A stretch of DNA of 64,000 bases from Clostridia bacterium (GCA_050950825.1 JBMNIH010000002.1:384001-448000); one strand, 5' to 3'; numbered from the stretch's first letter, positions 10,141-20,466 are shown. Made by a program: numbers and translations. Notes: generated by a model not told the origin, from the letters alone.

Positions 10141-11121
10141 TCACACGTATTGAAAAATCCCTTCACGGATCTCTCGGTCAATAGCCATGAATTCTTCGCA
10201 CATAGCCCGAATCGCTTCGGGGGTATGGCCTACGCTTTGCGGAGAAGAGTAGTATCCCGCAATAAAGCCGCCTGTCGGGGTACCTAGCTTCGACACCATT
10301 TCTCTGCAGTAGGCTCGTATGGTACTTTCGTTTCCGAAGGCCATGACGGCTTGGATATCAACAGGGCAATAGAAGGTAATTCTTCCACGGAATCTTCGGG
10401 AAAGCAAATCCAACCCCATATTCATCTGTTGGTCCATTTGGATCACGTCCAACCCGGCTTCAATCAAGTCGTCCAAGATGTCCACGATATATCCGCAGCT
10501 GTGAAGGATCGTGACCAACCCCGCTTTGTGAGCCGCTTCGAAAATCCTTTGGTATCTCGGCTTCCACAGTTCTCGCCAATGCTTCGGAGAAATCATAAGG
10601 GAATCCTGCAGTCCCCAATCGTCACAAAACATCAATCCGTCGAATCCGTATTTTCCGTACATTTCAATAGCGTAAAGATTCATGTCCACGAGAATGTCCA
10701 TCAGCTCGCACAGCTTTTCCGGATTTTCATAAATGTCAATCCATGTATTTTCCAAGCTTCGGATAAAGTGCAGCCGTTCGTAGATGGAAAACCCGCTTCC
10801 GCAAAGAAACTTGTCGCCCGCTTTTTCCCGGACCTCTTCGATTCCCTTCCATCTTCTTTCTTCTCTCACATCGGGTATTTTCAGCTTGGGGAAATCCTCC
10901 CAGTCAAGCAAGGGAAATTGCTTCACTTCTCCCAAGGAAGTGGTTCCGATATTATCCCAAACCGCCCCCCATTCGTCGACCCCCTTTTTACAACGAGCAT
11001 CCGGACTGGGGTTCGGCCCCCAACCGTAGAAATCATACCGATATTCTTTCGGCAATGTCATTGCCAACCCTTTCGGGCTTTGAAAATGAACGGTTTTTAA
11101 AACCATTTCTCTTCCGTTCAT
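10141..11121 (-). CDS. Uroporphyrinogen decarboxylase (UroD/MtaA-like) family protein
   Basis: DEWG.VW, DDWGLQ...ISP..WR, LHSCG, DLIEAGLD, PVDIQ, GGFI; start uncertain (track start 11196). Confidence 0.85.
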   Translation of the reverse strand: MNGREMVLKTVHFQSPKGLAMTLPKEYRYDFYGWGPNPSPDARCKKGVDEWGAVWDNIGTTSLGEVKQFPLLDWEDFPKLKIPDVREERRWKGIEEVREKAGDKFLCGSGFSIYERLHFIRSLENTWIDIYENPEKLCELMDILVDMNLYAIEMYGKYGFDGLMFCDDWGLQDSLMISPKHWRELWKPRYQRIFEAAHKAGLVTILHSCGYIVDILDDLIEAGLDVIQMDQQMNMGLDLLSRRFRGRITFYCPVDIQAVMAFGNESTIRAYCREMVSKLGTPTGGFIAGYYSSPQSVGHTPEAIRAMCEEFMAIDREIREGIFQYV

Positions 11122-11192
11122 ACCGTGTAAGGGTTCCAATGCAGAACCCTCTTCACCTCCTTCATCGTATACACTTGTTATGCTAACCCTTG

Positions 11193-11819
11193 TCAAATTT
11201 CAATCAAGACCGCTCGAACCGGCGAACCGTCCACGTCTTCGATCTTCAACGGCAATGCCGAAAGCAGATAACGGCCCGGTTTCGCTTCGAAAAGGTCCAA
11301 GCCTTCGATAACGGCAATGTCGTTTTTAAGAAGTATTCGATGGACATCTCCGTTGCCGCCGAAAGGCTCCACCGAAAGGTAGTCCACTCCTACGGTTTTG
11401 ATCCTTTTTTCCGCAAGCTCTAATGCCGCATCCGGTGCCAAACCGCAATAATTTTCGCGAAAGGCTTTTTCGTTTCTTATATAACTGTTCTCGGTCTTAA
11501 ACAGGACAATGTCCCCTTGTTCGATGTCCAAATCCTTGATGTCTTCTTTTTGAATGTGACCTTCTTTTCTGATCTCGAAAACCTTGCATATGCCGTAGAA
11601 CCGAGACAAGTCAAGCTCGGAGGCCTTTTTCCCCTCCTTGACATAATGCCAAGGAGCGTCAATATGGGTGCCGGTATGAAGCCCCGCACACAGGCTCGAT
11701 ACGTTGCAGTCATGTTCTTCGATGTTGCACAGCCTTTCGATAACCACCGGAGGGTCGCCGGGCCATACCGGCATATTCGGTTCAACGGTTCTTGTAATGT
11801 CGATAATTCTCATTGTCAT
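11193..11819 (-). CDS. Cyclase family metal hydrolase (KynB-like)
   Basis: PVWPGDP, HTGTHIDAP.H, VGVDYLS, H..LL, IEGL, GSPVRA; ATGA overlap with upstream gene. Confidence 0.9.
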   Translation of the reverse strand: MTMRIIDITRTVEPNMPVWPGDPPVVIERLCNIEEHDCNVSSLCAGLHTGTHIDAPWHYVKEGKKASELDLSRFYGICKVFEIRKEGHIQKEDIKDLDIEQGDIVLFKTENSYIRNEKAFRENYCGLAPDAALELAEKRIKTVGVDYLSVEPFGGNGDVHRILLKNDIAVIEGLDLFEAKPGRYLLSALPLKIEDVDGSPVRAVLIEI

Positions 11820-13855
11820 TTCCTGTAGACGTATTCTCCCCATTTGTCCTTCTTGAAAATCGTTTCCCCTTTATACGTTAAGTTTTCGCACTGCTCCGCA
11901 TAAGCATATTGTAATAGATCCTTATCAAAAATCAAAACGGCGCTCTTCCCGTCACAGAAAAGATCTCCGGCTTGCGCGATTTGGGGCAGCCGTCCTCTTT
12001 CCCAGCCCTTAATGCGGGATGTGACGAAAACGACTTTCTTGTCCTTGTAAACGATTTCAACGGCTTTGCTTGTTTCGTAATTCTTAAGGACAATATCCAC
12101 GTCCGGTTTTTCATTGTCATAAGGCATAATCCACTGTCCCAATTCAAAACGGGAAACCGGATCTTCCGTTTCGAAGCACAGCATGGGAGCAGGCTCTCCG
12201 CCTCTTAAGCCGACGCCTTTGTAGGACACCCAACCGGCAAAGGGCTCCTTGCTGCCCGTATATACCTTTTGATTGACCTTGGTATTGGCAAAGTAGGCTT
12301 TAATCAGCACATTGGCATCGTCGAAGCAGGTATGGGCTTCTTGTTCTTCGGGAAGATTTTTCATTTCACCCGGAATGCTCTGCCATCTGGAGGAGAATCG
12401 GCTTTCTTTACCGAAGCAGGTGAAGGAATCGTGGACGACGGCACCTAGGCCTTTGATCCACAGGAAGGTTCTTTTATGGGAGCCTGCAAGGCTTTTCCCA
12501 TCTCCTTCGTAGCCGCCCGTATAGTCGCTGTGGATATAACTGATGGCATCGTCTTCGTAGTATTTTTCTATCGTGGCATCGTTGATGGTTTGGGTCATTC
12601 CTTCCGGAGATACGGTATTATGGGATTGGGTAGACCTTCCGTAGTGGCAGAAAGGATCGGATCGTTCGTAATTCAACGTTCCCGGATCGATCAAGAGCAT
12701 CTTGCCGTTGTAATACATGTTCACCGCATTGCGAGCTCTGTGGCAATGGCCTCCGCCCCAAACGGTGGCATCAAAGACAAACATGGTTGAAGATCGGTCC
12801 CAGCTTTCTTTCATAAAGAATTGACCGGCCTTGTCGAAATACTTCGAAGGCTTATCTTCGGTTTTGAACTCGTCCATATCGGACAAATCAAAATCCTTTA
12901 GGAATTTGCTTCTTTGTTGGATAAATTCGTCGTAAGACCGCTTCACGGACTCCTCATCCGCAAGCTCGTACCATCTTCCGCTGTCGTTTAAGCCGGTGCG
13001 CTTCCCGTCCGGAGCGTACATATATAAAGAATAGTTCCACATTTTGCCGAGCATATACGGATCGATGTCGAAGCCTAAATCCGGACGGGCTTTTTGTACA
13101 TAACAGTAGCGGGTAAATACGTTTTTCATCCAATCGTGGTACCCTGCGGTATGCTCTTCATGACTTCCGTCGTCATGCACCTGGGTGAAAAAGGTTTCGT
13201 TTATGTTATGTACGGCAAAATCCAAGTAGTCTTTGAAGCCGGGCAAGCAAAAGCCGATGAAAAACATGGTATCCAGCTGGCTGATCCGCCAGTTGCCGAT
13301 GGGGGTTATGTTTCTTTTCATAAATTCCATTTGCTGCGCCGTACTGTCCAACATTCTGTTGATGAAAGCGTCGTCGAAGTATCCGCTGTCATTCAAATAG
13401 GGCACGGCTCCCCACCAGCCTCTTCTGTTAAACTGTCCTAAGCGAATGGAGGTGGAAAGGGTATTGTCTCCCGTTGTCATCCATACGCTTGCGTTGGTTT
13501 CCGTTCCGGTAAAGGTACGAAAATCCAACCAGGCCTCAATGGATTCCCTTGCAATTTCCGCCAACCGCTTGTCTTTTGTCCGTTCGTATTCCCAAGCAAT
13601 AGGCTCCAGCCAGAAAAAGCGATTCAGCTGTGCCCGCCACTCTTGGTTGTTAATTTCCGGCCCTCTGAAGTCAATGTCCTTGAAGCTTTTGTATTGCACC
13701 TCGGTAGCACCCCCGCTAAAGGGAATCTTGTTTTGGGCAAGAAGCTCCATCCACCGTTTGGTATTTTGCACCTTCTCTTGGGTGTATTCGCTAAAGTCCC
13801 CGTAATACCTTTCATACTCCAACATTTTCTCCTTAACAGAAGACAAAATGTCCAT
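11816..13855 (-). CDS. Heparinase II/III-like protein (no signal peptide)
   Basis: QLNRFFW, GNW, DGSHEE...YH, GHCH, LIDPG..Y, SHNTV. Confidence 0.8.
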   Translation of the reverse strand: MDILSSVKEKMLEYERYYGDFSEYTQEKVQNTKRWMELLAQNKIPFSGGATEVQYKSFKDIDFRGPEINNQEWRAQLNRFFWLEPIAWEYERTKDKRLAEIARESIEAWLDFRTFTGTETNASVWMTTGDNTLSTSIRLGQFNRRGWWGAVPYLNDSGYFDDAFINRMLDSTAQQMEFMKRNITPIGNWRISQLDTMFFIGFCLPGFKDYLDFAVHNINETFFTQVHDDGSHEEHTAGYHDWMKNVFTRYCYVQKARPDLGFDIDPYMLGKMWNYSLYMYAPDGKRTGLNDSGRWYELADEESVKRSYDEFIQQRSKFLKDFDLSDMDEFKTEDKPSKYFDKAGQFFMKESWDRSSTMFVFDATVWGGGHCHRARNAVNMYYNGKMLLIDPGTLNYERSDPFCHYGRSTQSHNTVSPEGMTQTINDATIEKYYEDDAISYIHSDYTGGYEGDGKSLAGSHKRTFLWIKGLGAVVHDSFTCFGKESRFSSRWQSIPGEMKNLPEEQEAHTCFDDANVLIKAYFANTKVNQKVYTGSKEPFAGWVSYKGVGLRGGEPAPMLCFETEDPVSRFELGQWIMPYDNEKPDVDIVLKNYETSKAVEIVYKDKKVVFVTSRIKGWERGRLPQIAQAGDLFCDGKSAVLIFDKDLLQYAYAEQCENLTYKGETIFKKDKWGEYVYRK

Positions 13856-13897
13856 GAAAAAACCCTCCTTAATATATACTATATTCCGATAAACCCG

Positions 13898-15232
13898 TTA
13901 GTCTTCCAATATATCTTTTTTCGGGTACAAAACCTTACGGCTTAAGTCCTTCATGCATCGGATAAATTCCTCTTTGCTTGAAAAATACGGCACATGCTCC
14001 TTTTTTATCTTGCAAGCGCAAGCACCGTTATCCGACAACAAGCCGTAGGCGGTTAAAGCCAAAAAGTGCGTTCCCGTTCCGTACGCCGTATCTTTGTCGT
14101 CAATCTTGAATGCTCCGCTGTGAAGCCCGCCTTTTGCACCGCCCACGTAAGGGTGTATCACCGGCATGATCATGGAAAGGTCCCCCATGTCCGTGGAAAT
14201 TCCCATGTGGCCGATCCGAACCGCTTTGTCGCCTGCTAAGATCTTGGCACATTCGAATGCAAAGCTCGTAAAATTCGGATCCGATGAAAGAGGAAAGTAT
14301 CCGGGTACGTCTTCGATTTCCACCCGGCAACCTAAGGCCGCCGCCGTTCCCGCCAAAGCACGGTCCACTTTCTTGTTGACTTCCAATATGGCATCCAAGG
14401 TTTTTCCTCGGACGTAGGTTCCGATATTGACCTCCGAAGGTATGACGTTTACGGTATCTCCGCCTTTGGTAATTATGGGATGAACCCGAATGCTGTCTTC
14501 TTCTTTAAAGGTTTCGCGAAGAGCGTTAATGGCGTTAAGCCCCAGGTTCGCCGCATATAAGGCGTTGATTCCTTCATGAGGTGCGCCTCCCGCATGGGCC
14601 GCTTTCCCTTTATAGGAGATTTGCTTGATCAAGCAGCCGTTGCAGGTAGACCCAAAGCTGAGCTTTGCATCGGATTCCAAAACGTGGACCATCATAGCCA
14701 TATCCACGTCATCAAAAAAGCCACGATAAACCAGCTCCGTCTTTCCTCCGGTAAAGGTCAGCTTCCCTTTTCTTACCAAATCCATACGGAAATCCTGTTG
14801 GATATGCTCCTCCGCGGGTACCGCCATAAACTTGATCTTCCCGCACATGTCTTTTAAAAGCCCGCTGTCCTTTAAAAGGGCGGCACAACCGATCATATCC
14901 GCTACTTGGACATGATGGCCACAGGCGTGAACATATCCGTTTTCGGTACAGTCCGGATGCTCAAAGCATACGATGCAGTCCATCTCCCCCATCACGGCAA
15001 TCACGGGACCGGGTTTTCCGGTGTCCATATAGGCGGTGACAACAGGAATGTCCGGGTCGTGATTCACGATAAGACCCAAGCTCTCCAACTTTTTCGCCGC
15101 AAGAGCCGCCGTATTATGCTCTTGAAATCCCGGCTCCGGATTACGGTAGATATCTTCCCCGATTTTTATAATCTCCGGCAGTCTTTTTTCCAAGCATTCC
15201 TTTAAAATTTTTGCACTTTGTTCGAAATTCAT
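13898..15232 (-). CDS. M20 family amidohydrolase
   Basis: PEPGFQE, GEMD, HACGH, PAEE, GKAAHAG..P..GINAL, STDMGD. Confidence 0.9.
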   Translation of the reverse strand: MNFEQSAKILKECLEKRLPEIIKIGEDIYRNPEPGFQEHNTAALAAKKLESLGLIVNHDPDIPVVTAYMDTGKPGPVIAVMGEMDCIVCFEHPDCTENGYVHACGHHVQVADMIGCAALLKDSGLLKDMCGKIKFMAVPAEEHIQQDFRMDLVRKGKLTFTGGKTELVYRGFFDDVDMAMMVHVLESDAKLSFGSTCNGCLIKQISYKGKAAHAGGAPHEGINALYAANLGLNAINALRETFKEEDSIRVHPIITKGGDTVNVIPSEVNIGTYVRGKTLDAILEVNKKVDRALAGTAAALGCRVEIEDVPGYFPLSSDPNFTSFAFECAKILAGDKAVRIGHMGISTDMGDLSMIMPVIHPYVGGAKGGLHSGAFKIDDKDTAYGTGTHFLALTAYGLLSDNGACACKIKKEHVPYFSSKEEFIRCMKDLSRKVLYPKKDILED

Positions 15233-15247
15233 AATATCCTCTCACCC

Positions 15248-16774
15248 TTACAAAAGCCCGCTTAATTTTTTGTAATCCTCTTTCAAAGACCGGTACAACG
15301 ACCGGAACAAGTCGTAATACCCTTCGTAAATCCTTTGGGTCGATAGATCGGGCTTTTGAACCTCTTTGATTTTTATAACCGCATCGCAGGCTTCTTCTAC
15401 GCTCTTGTATATGCCTACGCCTACGCCCGCCAAGAGGGCGACGCCTAAAGCCGGCCCCTCCGTAGCGTTGACGGTTTTCACATCCGACTTATACACGTTG
15501 GCTTGGATGCTCTTCCATATCTTGCTTCGTCCTCCGCCGCCGGATGCCCGAATTTCTTGAACCGGGACTCCGGTCTCCTTAATGATATTCAAGCAGTCGT
15601 TCATGGCGAAAGCCACTCCCTCCATAACGGAACGGATGAAATCGGCTTTCGTATGCGAAGGAGTCAGACCGAAGAAAACCCCTTTTGCATCGTCGTCCAA
15701 ATGAGGCGTCCTTTCTCCCATCAAATAGGGCAAATAGATTAAGCTTTTTGCGCCCGGAGGTGACTTTTCGCATTCTTTGTCCATCAATACATAAGGGTCT
15801 ACGTCCATTAAAGCCGCTACGGCCTTTTCTTCGTTGCAGAATTGATCACGGAACCACTTTAAGGAAAGTCCCGCGGATTTCATAACGCCCATGATGTGCC
15901 ATGCGCCCGGTACGGCGTGGCAAAAGGTCTGGGTACGGCCTTGGGGATCCATTTTTAAAGAATCGGAATATGCGAACACCACGCCGGAGGTTCCGATGGT
16001 AGCGGATACCACGCCGGCTTTCACGATTCCGTTTCCTACGCCGCCGGCCGCCTGGTCTCCTGCGCCGCCTACCACAGGGGTACCTTCTTTTAATCCGGTA
16101 AGTGCGGCCGCTTCCTTGGAAACCCGGCCGGTTACCAAATAGGATTCATAAACATCCGCCAAAAGGCCGGGGTCCACATCCAACAAGTCAAGTATTTCGC
16201 GGCTCCAGCAGCGCTTCGGTACGTCCAAAAATTGCATGCCGCTGGCGTCAGAAACTTCCGTAGCAAATTCTCCCGTCAGCTTGTAGCGGATATAGTCTTT
16301 GGGAAGAAGGATTTTTTTCGTTTTTTCATAATTCCAAGGTTCGTTGTTTCGAACCCATAACAGCTTGGATGCGGTAAAACCGGTTAAAGCCGGATTGCAG
16401 GTAATATCCATCAATTTGGCGAAGGTCACTTTCTCCGTAATCTCTTGGCATTCTTTGACGCTTCGGCTGTCGCACCAGATGATGGAATCCCGAATTACGC
16501 GTCCGTCCTTGTCCAACATCACAAGGCCGTGCATTTGTCCGGACAAGCCGATCCCGGAAATTTCTTCTTTCGTGATTCCCGCCTTGTTCAAAACATCCGG
16601 AACCGTTGTACAAACAGCCTTCCACCAGTCTTCCGGAGATTGCTCCGCCCAGCCGGGTTTTAGCTGCTTCATCCCGTATTCAAATACCGATTGGGAAAGG
16701 GCCTCCCCTTTTTCATTGAACAGAACGGTTTTCGTCCCGGACGTGCCGATATCGATTCCTATCAGATAAGCCAT
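15248..16774 (-). CDS. xylB: Xylulokinase (FGGY family)
   Basis: GIDIGTSGTK, SGQMHG, LLPKDYIR, SDASG, GAGDQAAG, PYLMGERTP. Confidence 0.92.
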   Translation of the reverse strand: MAYLIGIDIGTSGTKTVLFNEKGEALSQSVFEYGMKQLKPGWAEQSPEDWWKAVCTTVPDVLNKAGITKEEISGIGLSGQMHGLVMLDKDGRVIRDSIIWCDSRSVKECQEITEKVTFAKLMDITCNPALTGFTASKLLWVRNNEPWNYEKTKKILLPKDYIRYKLTGEFATEVSDASGMQFLDVPKRCWSREILDLLDVDPGLLADVYESYLVTGRVSKEAAALTGLKEGTPVVGGAGDQAAGGVGNGIVKAGVVSATIGTSGVVFAYSDSLKMDPQGRTQTFCHAVPGAWHIMGVMKSAGLSLKWFRDQFCNEEKAVAALMDVDPYVLMDKECEKSPPGAKSLIYLPYLMGERTPHLDDDAKGVFFGLTPSHTKADFIRSVMEGVAFAMNDCLNIIKETGVPVQEIRASGGGGRSKIWKSIQANVYKSDVKTVNATEGPALGVALLAGVGVGIYKSVEEACDAVIKIKEVQKPDLSTQRIYEGYYDLFRSLYRSLKEDYKKLSGLL

Positions 16775-16817
16775 TCGTTATTCCTCCCGTTTCGTATTTT
16801 ACATTGCTTTACACTTC

Positions 16818-18155
16818 TTATCTTCCGAAGCACAAGCGTTTTTCTTGCCGAATATGCCGTGCTACCTCCCCGATCAAAGGAGCCGCCCATTGCTGTCCGG
16901 AAAACACTTGGTTCATAAGCTCTCCTTCGATGAAGCACAGTCGGTCTTGAAGAGGATAAAATTCGCTCATTAAGAACATGGCGTACCGCACCAAGCGGGT
17001 AGGACCGAAAGCCATATACCGCATGGAGCCGTCGGCTCTTTTGTATTGACGGCACCCTACCGAAAGATGGTTCTTTATGGCGGCGGTAACGGAAGATATA
17101 TTTGCATCTTCCGCAAACACAATCGTGTATCCGTCTCCTAAACCGGATTTGTCGTGGGCGTCGGTTGCTCCTACCACCGGCATCCGAAATCCTTTTTCAC
17201 ATTCTTCGGTGTAAAGAACGTTTTGCATAAAGTCCTTGTCTCCGTCGTCCACACCGGTGATTTCCCAAGCATCGGAGTAGCCTTCTTCAATGATCAAACG
17301 AGACAAGGATGCGGGTATATATGTTGCGTTTCCTTCATGCGGCCAATACGGGTGGGCCAGTACGGATAATCCGCCGAGTTTTTTGATTTGCTCGAACACC
17401 CACCGCTGCATACCGAATTCCAAAGGATCCACGTCTTCCGGCAAGTCCGTATGCTTTTCGGCAATTTTTAAAGCCTCCTCCTTTATATTATCATAATCGT
17501 CCATCAGCATGCGACTGATACACTTGGAGGCTCCGATACTTACAATATGCATTTTATGGCCTAATTTGTGGACTTCTTCGCCGGGATATATGATCAATCC
17601 GCTGTCGATAGCGGACATTTTTTCTAAAATCGTCGGATGGGGCTGTAAAGAATAATGGTCGGTTAGTGTGGCAAATTCCATTCCCGCTCTTCTCGCATAA
17701 GAATACATGATTTCCGGAGGTTGCTTCCCGTCGGACCAGTTGCTGTGCATATGGAGTTCGCCTTTCCAAGGCAATAACCGATATAAATCTTCTTTTACGG
17801 AATAGAGTTTAAAAAAGGTGAGTCGTGTGTTAACACCTTCTACGACTTCATCGATAAAGACCATATACTCCTGCTCGCCGTAGAAGGTATATTCAAAAAC
17901 AAGAGAACCGTTTTCAACGGTATAGCCGATTTCTTTTTGCGCTTTCGTTTCGGGATAATGAATTTCACGAGGCGTGACTTTAACGGAATATTGCTTCTTT
18001 GTAGTGAAAGGACCGCCCGATCTTTGCTTTCCCCAATAATCGATACCGGATTCGGTTCCGTCACATGACATTTTGGAGACAACGGTTACGGTCGTTCTTT
18101 GCCCTTCCAATACCACTAACGGGTATATTGCGAAAGAATCCATATTCTTTTTCAT
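16818..18155 (-). CDS. PHP-like metallohydrolase with N-terminal extension
   Basis: KGELHMHSNWSDG, TDH, PGEE, LAHP.W, GATDAH. Confidence 0.8.
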   Translation of the reverse strand: MKKNMDSFAIYPLVVLEGQRTTVTVVSKMSCDGTESGIDYWGKQRSGGPFTTKKQYSVKVTPREIHYPETKAQKEIGYTVENGSLVFEYTFYGEQEYMVFIDEVVEGVNTRLTFFKLYSVKEDLYRLLPWKGELHMHSNWSDGKQPPEIMYSYARRAGMEFATLTDHYSLQPHPTILEKMSAIDSGLIIYPGEEVHKLGHKMHIVSIGASKCISRMLMDDYDNIKEEALKIAEKHTDLPEDVDPLEFGMQRWVFEQIKKLGGLSVLAHPYWPHEGNATYIPASLSRLIIEEGYSDAWEITGVDDGDKDFMQNVLYTEECEKGFRMPVVGATDAHDKSGLGDGYTIVFAEDANISSVTAAIKNHLSVGCRQYKRADGSMRYMAFGPTRLVRYAMFLMSEFYPLQDRLCFIEGELMNQVFSGQQWAAPLIGEVARHIRQEKRLCFGR

Positions 18156-18174
18156 GAAAAACGCTCCTTTTTTC

Positions 18175-18209
18175 AGGCTTTAGGTGCATTTTCCATGCAC
18201 CTAAAGCCT
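18175..18209. repeat. Perfect 15-bp inverted repeat in intergenic region
   Basis: AGGCTTTAGGTGCAT-TTTCC-ATGCACCTAAAGCCT. Confidence 0.9.
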
Positions 18210-18251
18210 CCTTGTTTTTATTTCATTATACCTTTTTTCAAGGGGAGTTTG

Positions 18252-19871
18252 TCAGCGTTTTTTGAAAAGTCGGGCAATTTCTTCTTCGGATAATGCGGCA
18301 TCAAACAGCTCCACTTCACGGATCGATCCCGAGAATCTCGCTTGAGGTCCGTTCCCTATAACCAAAGAAGCTTGGGAAAGATCGCTGATTTTCGAAGGAT
18401 CAATCGGTTCCTTGGAAACAAGCTTTCCGTCCAGATACAAGGAAAGAGCTTGACGGTCGTAAACAATGGCCGTTTTGTGCCATCCGTCTTCCAAGGAGTA
18501 ATCATAGGTAGCGATCGGGCCGTTGTTCAGGCTCCATACTTTTCCTCCGGGCAATGTTCCTGCATAAAGCTCGCCGTTGTGTACGGCCATGCTCCATACT
18601 CGACGGTAACGGATATTCGGATCCGGCTGTTCCAATACACCGGATAAGATCCATTCCGTTTCCCCGCCGTACCGGTAAACATGTCCTCCCGGCAGCGTTC
18701 CGCCATATAGCTTACCGTTATACAAGGAGATACCCATGACTTCCATTTCCGAGCCCATCAAACCGTAATCGCTCCATACGCGGTTTCCTTCGTAACGAAC
18801 GACGCGGGCTTCTCTCCATATGCCCATCAAAAGGCTGTTGTGATGTACCGTAAAGACGTATACTTGGTCGCATTTGTCAACCGTACCCTCGTAAACCCAA
18901 TCTTCGTCCAACGTTCGGCTGTAGACGCCTTCCATCCAGTTGCAGCCTATATACAGACGTCCTCGGTAGATACCTAAGTTCATGCCGCGAATGTTCTTTT
19001 CCGGTCCCGGAGCGCCTAAATCCTGCATCGTACCGTCTTCATCGAAGGCAACCACACCGGGTGTGTAGAAGGACATGGCAACAAGCTTTCCTTGATAGGG
19101 TACAAGTGCGGCACAGCTGTCGGAGCCCGGTATTTCTCCAAAGAAGGACCAAGTCTTTCCGCCTTCGTAACGATAGATTTTTCCTCCCGGTACGCTCATG
19201 TTAGGAGATTCCGGCAAAGACGATCCTTTGGCGTTATACTTCATGGTGCCTGCATATAGTTTTCCTTTATACTCCGTCAGCGTCCATACCGAGTTGCTGT
19301 CGTCGGGATTGCCGCAGTCGATCCATTCGTTGTTTTCATCCAATCGGTAAACGTGACCTTTATTGTCCTTGGCATCGTCGAACACGCCGGCATACAAAGA
19401 GCCTTGGTATGTGCACAAAGCACAGATCATACGGCTGTTACCCGGTGCTCCTCGATCTTGCCACTTCGGTATCAAGTCCTCGGTTATGGGCAAGCTCCAG
19501 CCGAATTGCAGGTGCCGCCAATTGGAAATGCAGGAAGGCCCCCCCGTCTGCGTCATCGGGGTCAAATGCCAGCCTTCCATTCGATCCGGAACATAGCGGC
19601 TTGCCAAAACGCCCGGAAGCGTTCCGTTTTTGTCGTCAATCTTAAACTCCATGGAAAGTGTAAACGGCCGAGTACCGGTTGTAATTTCCGCATCCGGCAA
19701 CAGGACTTGCGAATTCTCGCCGTCAAATACGGCTGCTCCGTCTTGAAAAAGGACCGATTCTCCCTTCCCGTGCCGCTCGTTGGAGGATGCGTCTTTGAAA
19801 TCTTCACGAAGCGGCCAATAGCCTACTCGTCTTGTATCCATTGCGACCGTATCCTTTCTTTCTTTATCCAT
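18252..19871 (-). CDS. LamG-like jelly-roll protein with central beta-propeller repeats
   Basis: GYWPL..DAS and AVFDG at N-terminus; YxGxLYAG..G.VYRY repeats; GWH..IVYD..LYLDG..FSGSI.EV at C-terminus. Confidence 0.75.
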   Translation of the reverse strand: MDKERKDTVAMDTRRVGYWPLREDFKDASSNERHGKGESVLFQDGAAVFDGENSQVLLPDAEITTGTRPFTLSMEFKIDDKNGTLPGVLASRYVPDRMEGWHLTPMTQTGGPSCISNWRHLQFGWSLPITEDLIPKWQDRGAPGNSRMICALCTYQGSLYAGVFDDAKDNKGHVYRLDENNEWIDCGNPDDSNSVWTLTEYKGKLYAGTMKYNAKGSSLPESPNMSVPGGKIYRYEGGKTWSFFGEIPGSDSCAALVPYQGKLVAMSFYTPGVVAFDEDGTMQDLGAPGPEKNIRGMNLGIYRGRLYIGCNWMEGVYSRTLDEDWVYEGTVDKCDQVYVFTVHHNSLLMGIWREARVVRYEGNRVWSDYGLMGSEMEVMGISLYNGKLYGGTLPGGHVYRYGGETEWILSGVLEQPDPNIRYRRVWSMAVHNGELYAGTLPGGKVWSLNNGPIATYDYSLEDGWHKTAIVYDRQALSLYLDGKLVSKEPIDPSKISDLSQASLVIGNGPQARFSGSIREVELFDAALSEEEIARLFKKR

Positions 19872-20193
19872 CTTGAAGCTCTCCTTTTGAATTTGTATTC
19901 GGATGTTTTCCGATCAAAGGGTCATACATCCGGTTTCTTCTATTAAACCACGCAAAATTGCCGACAGCTATTCCTCTTTTGGACATATTTTGCTTTTCTC
20001 CGGCCTGTTTTTACACTCCCGTTCTTCTTTTGTGAAAACAGGACCCATGAAAGCTTTACTTTCTCGTCTTTTTATTCGACCTGCATTTTACGGATATTAT
20101 ATCACAGGGCTTTTACGACGTGTATGAAAAAATTGCACTGCAAGGAAAGGGAAAGAATTGCCTTTCTTTCTTTTATCCTTTAATATATAACCT

Positions 20194-20466
20194 ATGGAAA
20201 AAACGATCATTCTTTTGTATTACGTTGTTATGAATACTTTCTCTTTCGGCTTATGCGCAACGGACAAGACAAAAGCCGTAAAGGGAAGCTTTCGAATTCC
20301 CGAAAAGGTTTTGCTGTTGACGGGACTTTTAGGAGGAGCTTTGGGTCTGTACCTTGCCATGCTCACTACACGACACAAAACAAAGAAAGCGAAATTTCGC
20401 ATCCTCGTTCCCCTTTTGATTCTCCTTCATGCGTATCTTCTTTTGAAGATTTTTTCTTTGTTGTGA
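20194..20466 (+). CDS. DUF1294 family membrane protein
   Basis: DK.KA....RIPEK.L, GGALG, RHKTKK.KF. Confidence 0.9.
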   Translation: MEKTIILLYYVVMNTFSFGLCATDKTKAVKGSFRIPEKVLLLTGLLGGALGLYLAMLTTRHKTKKAKFRILVPLLILLHAYLLLKIFSLL

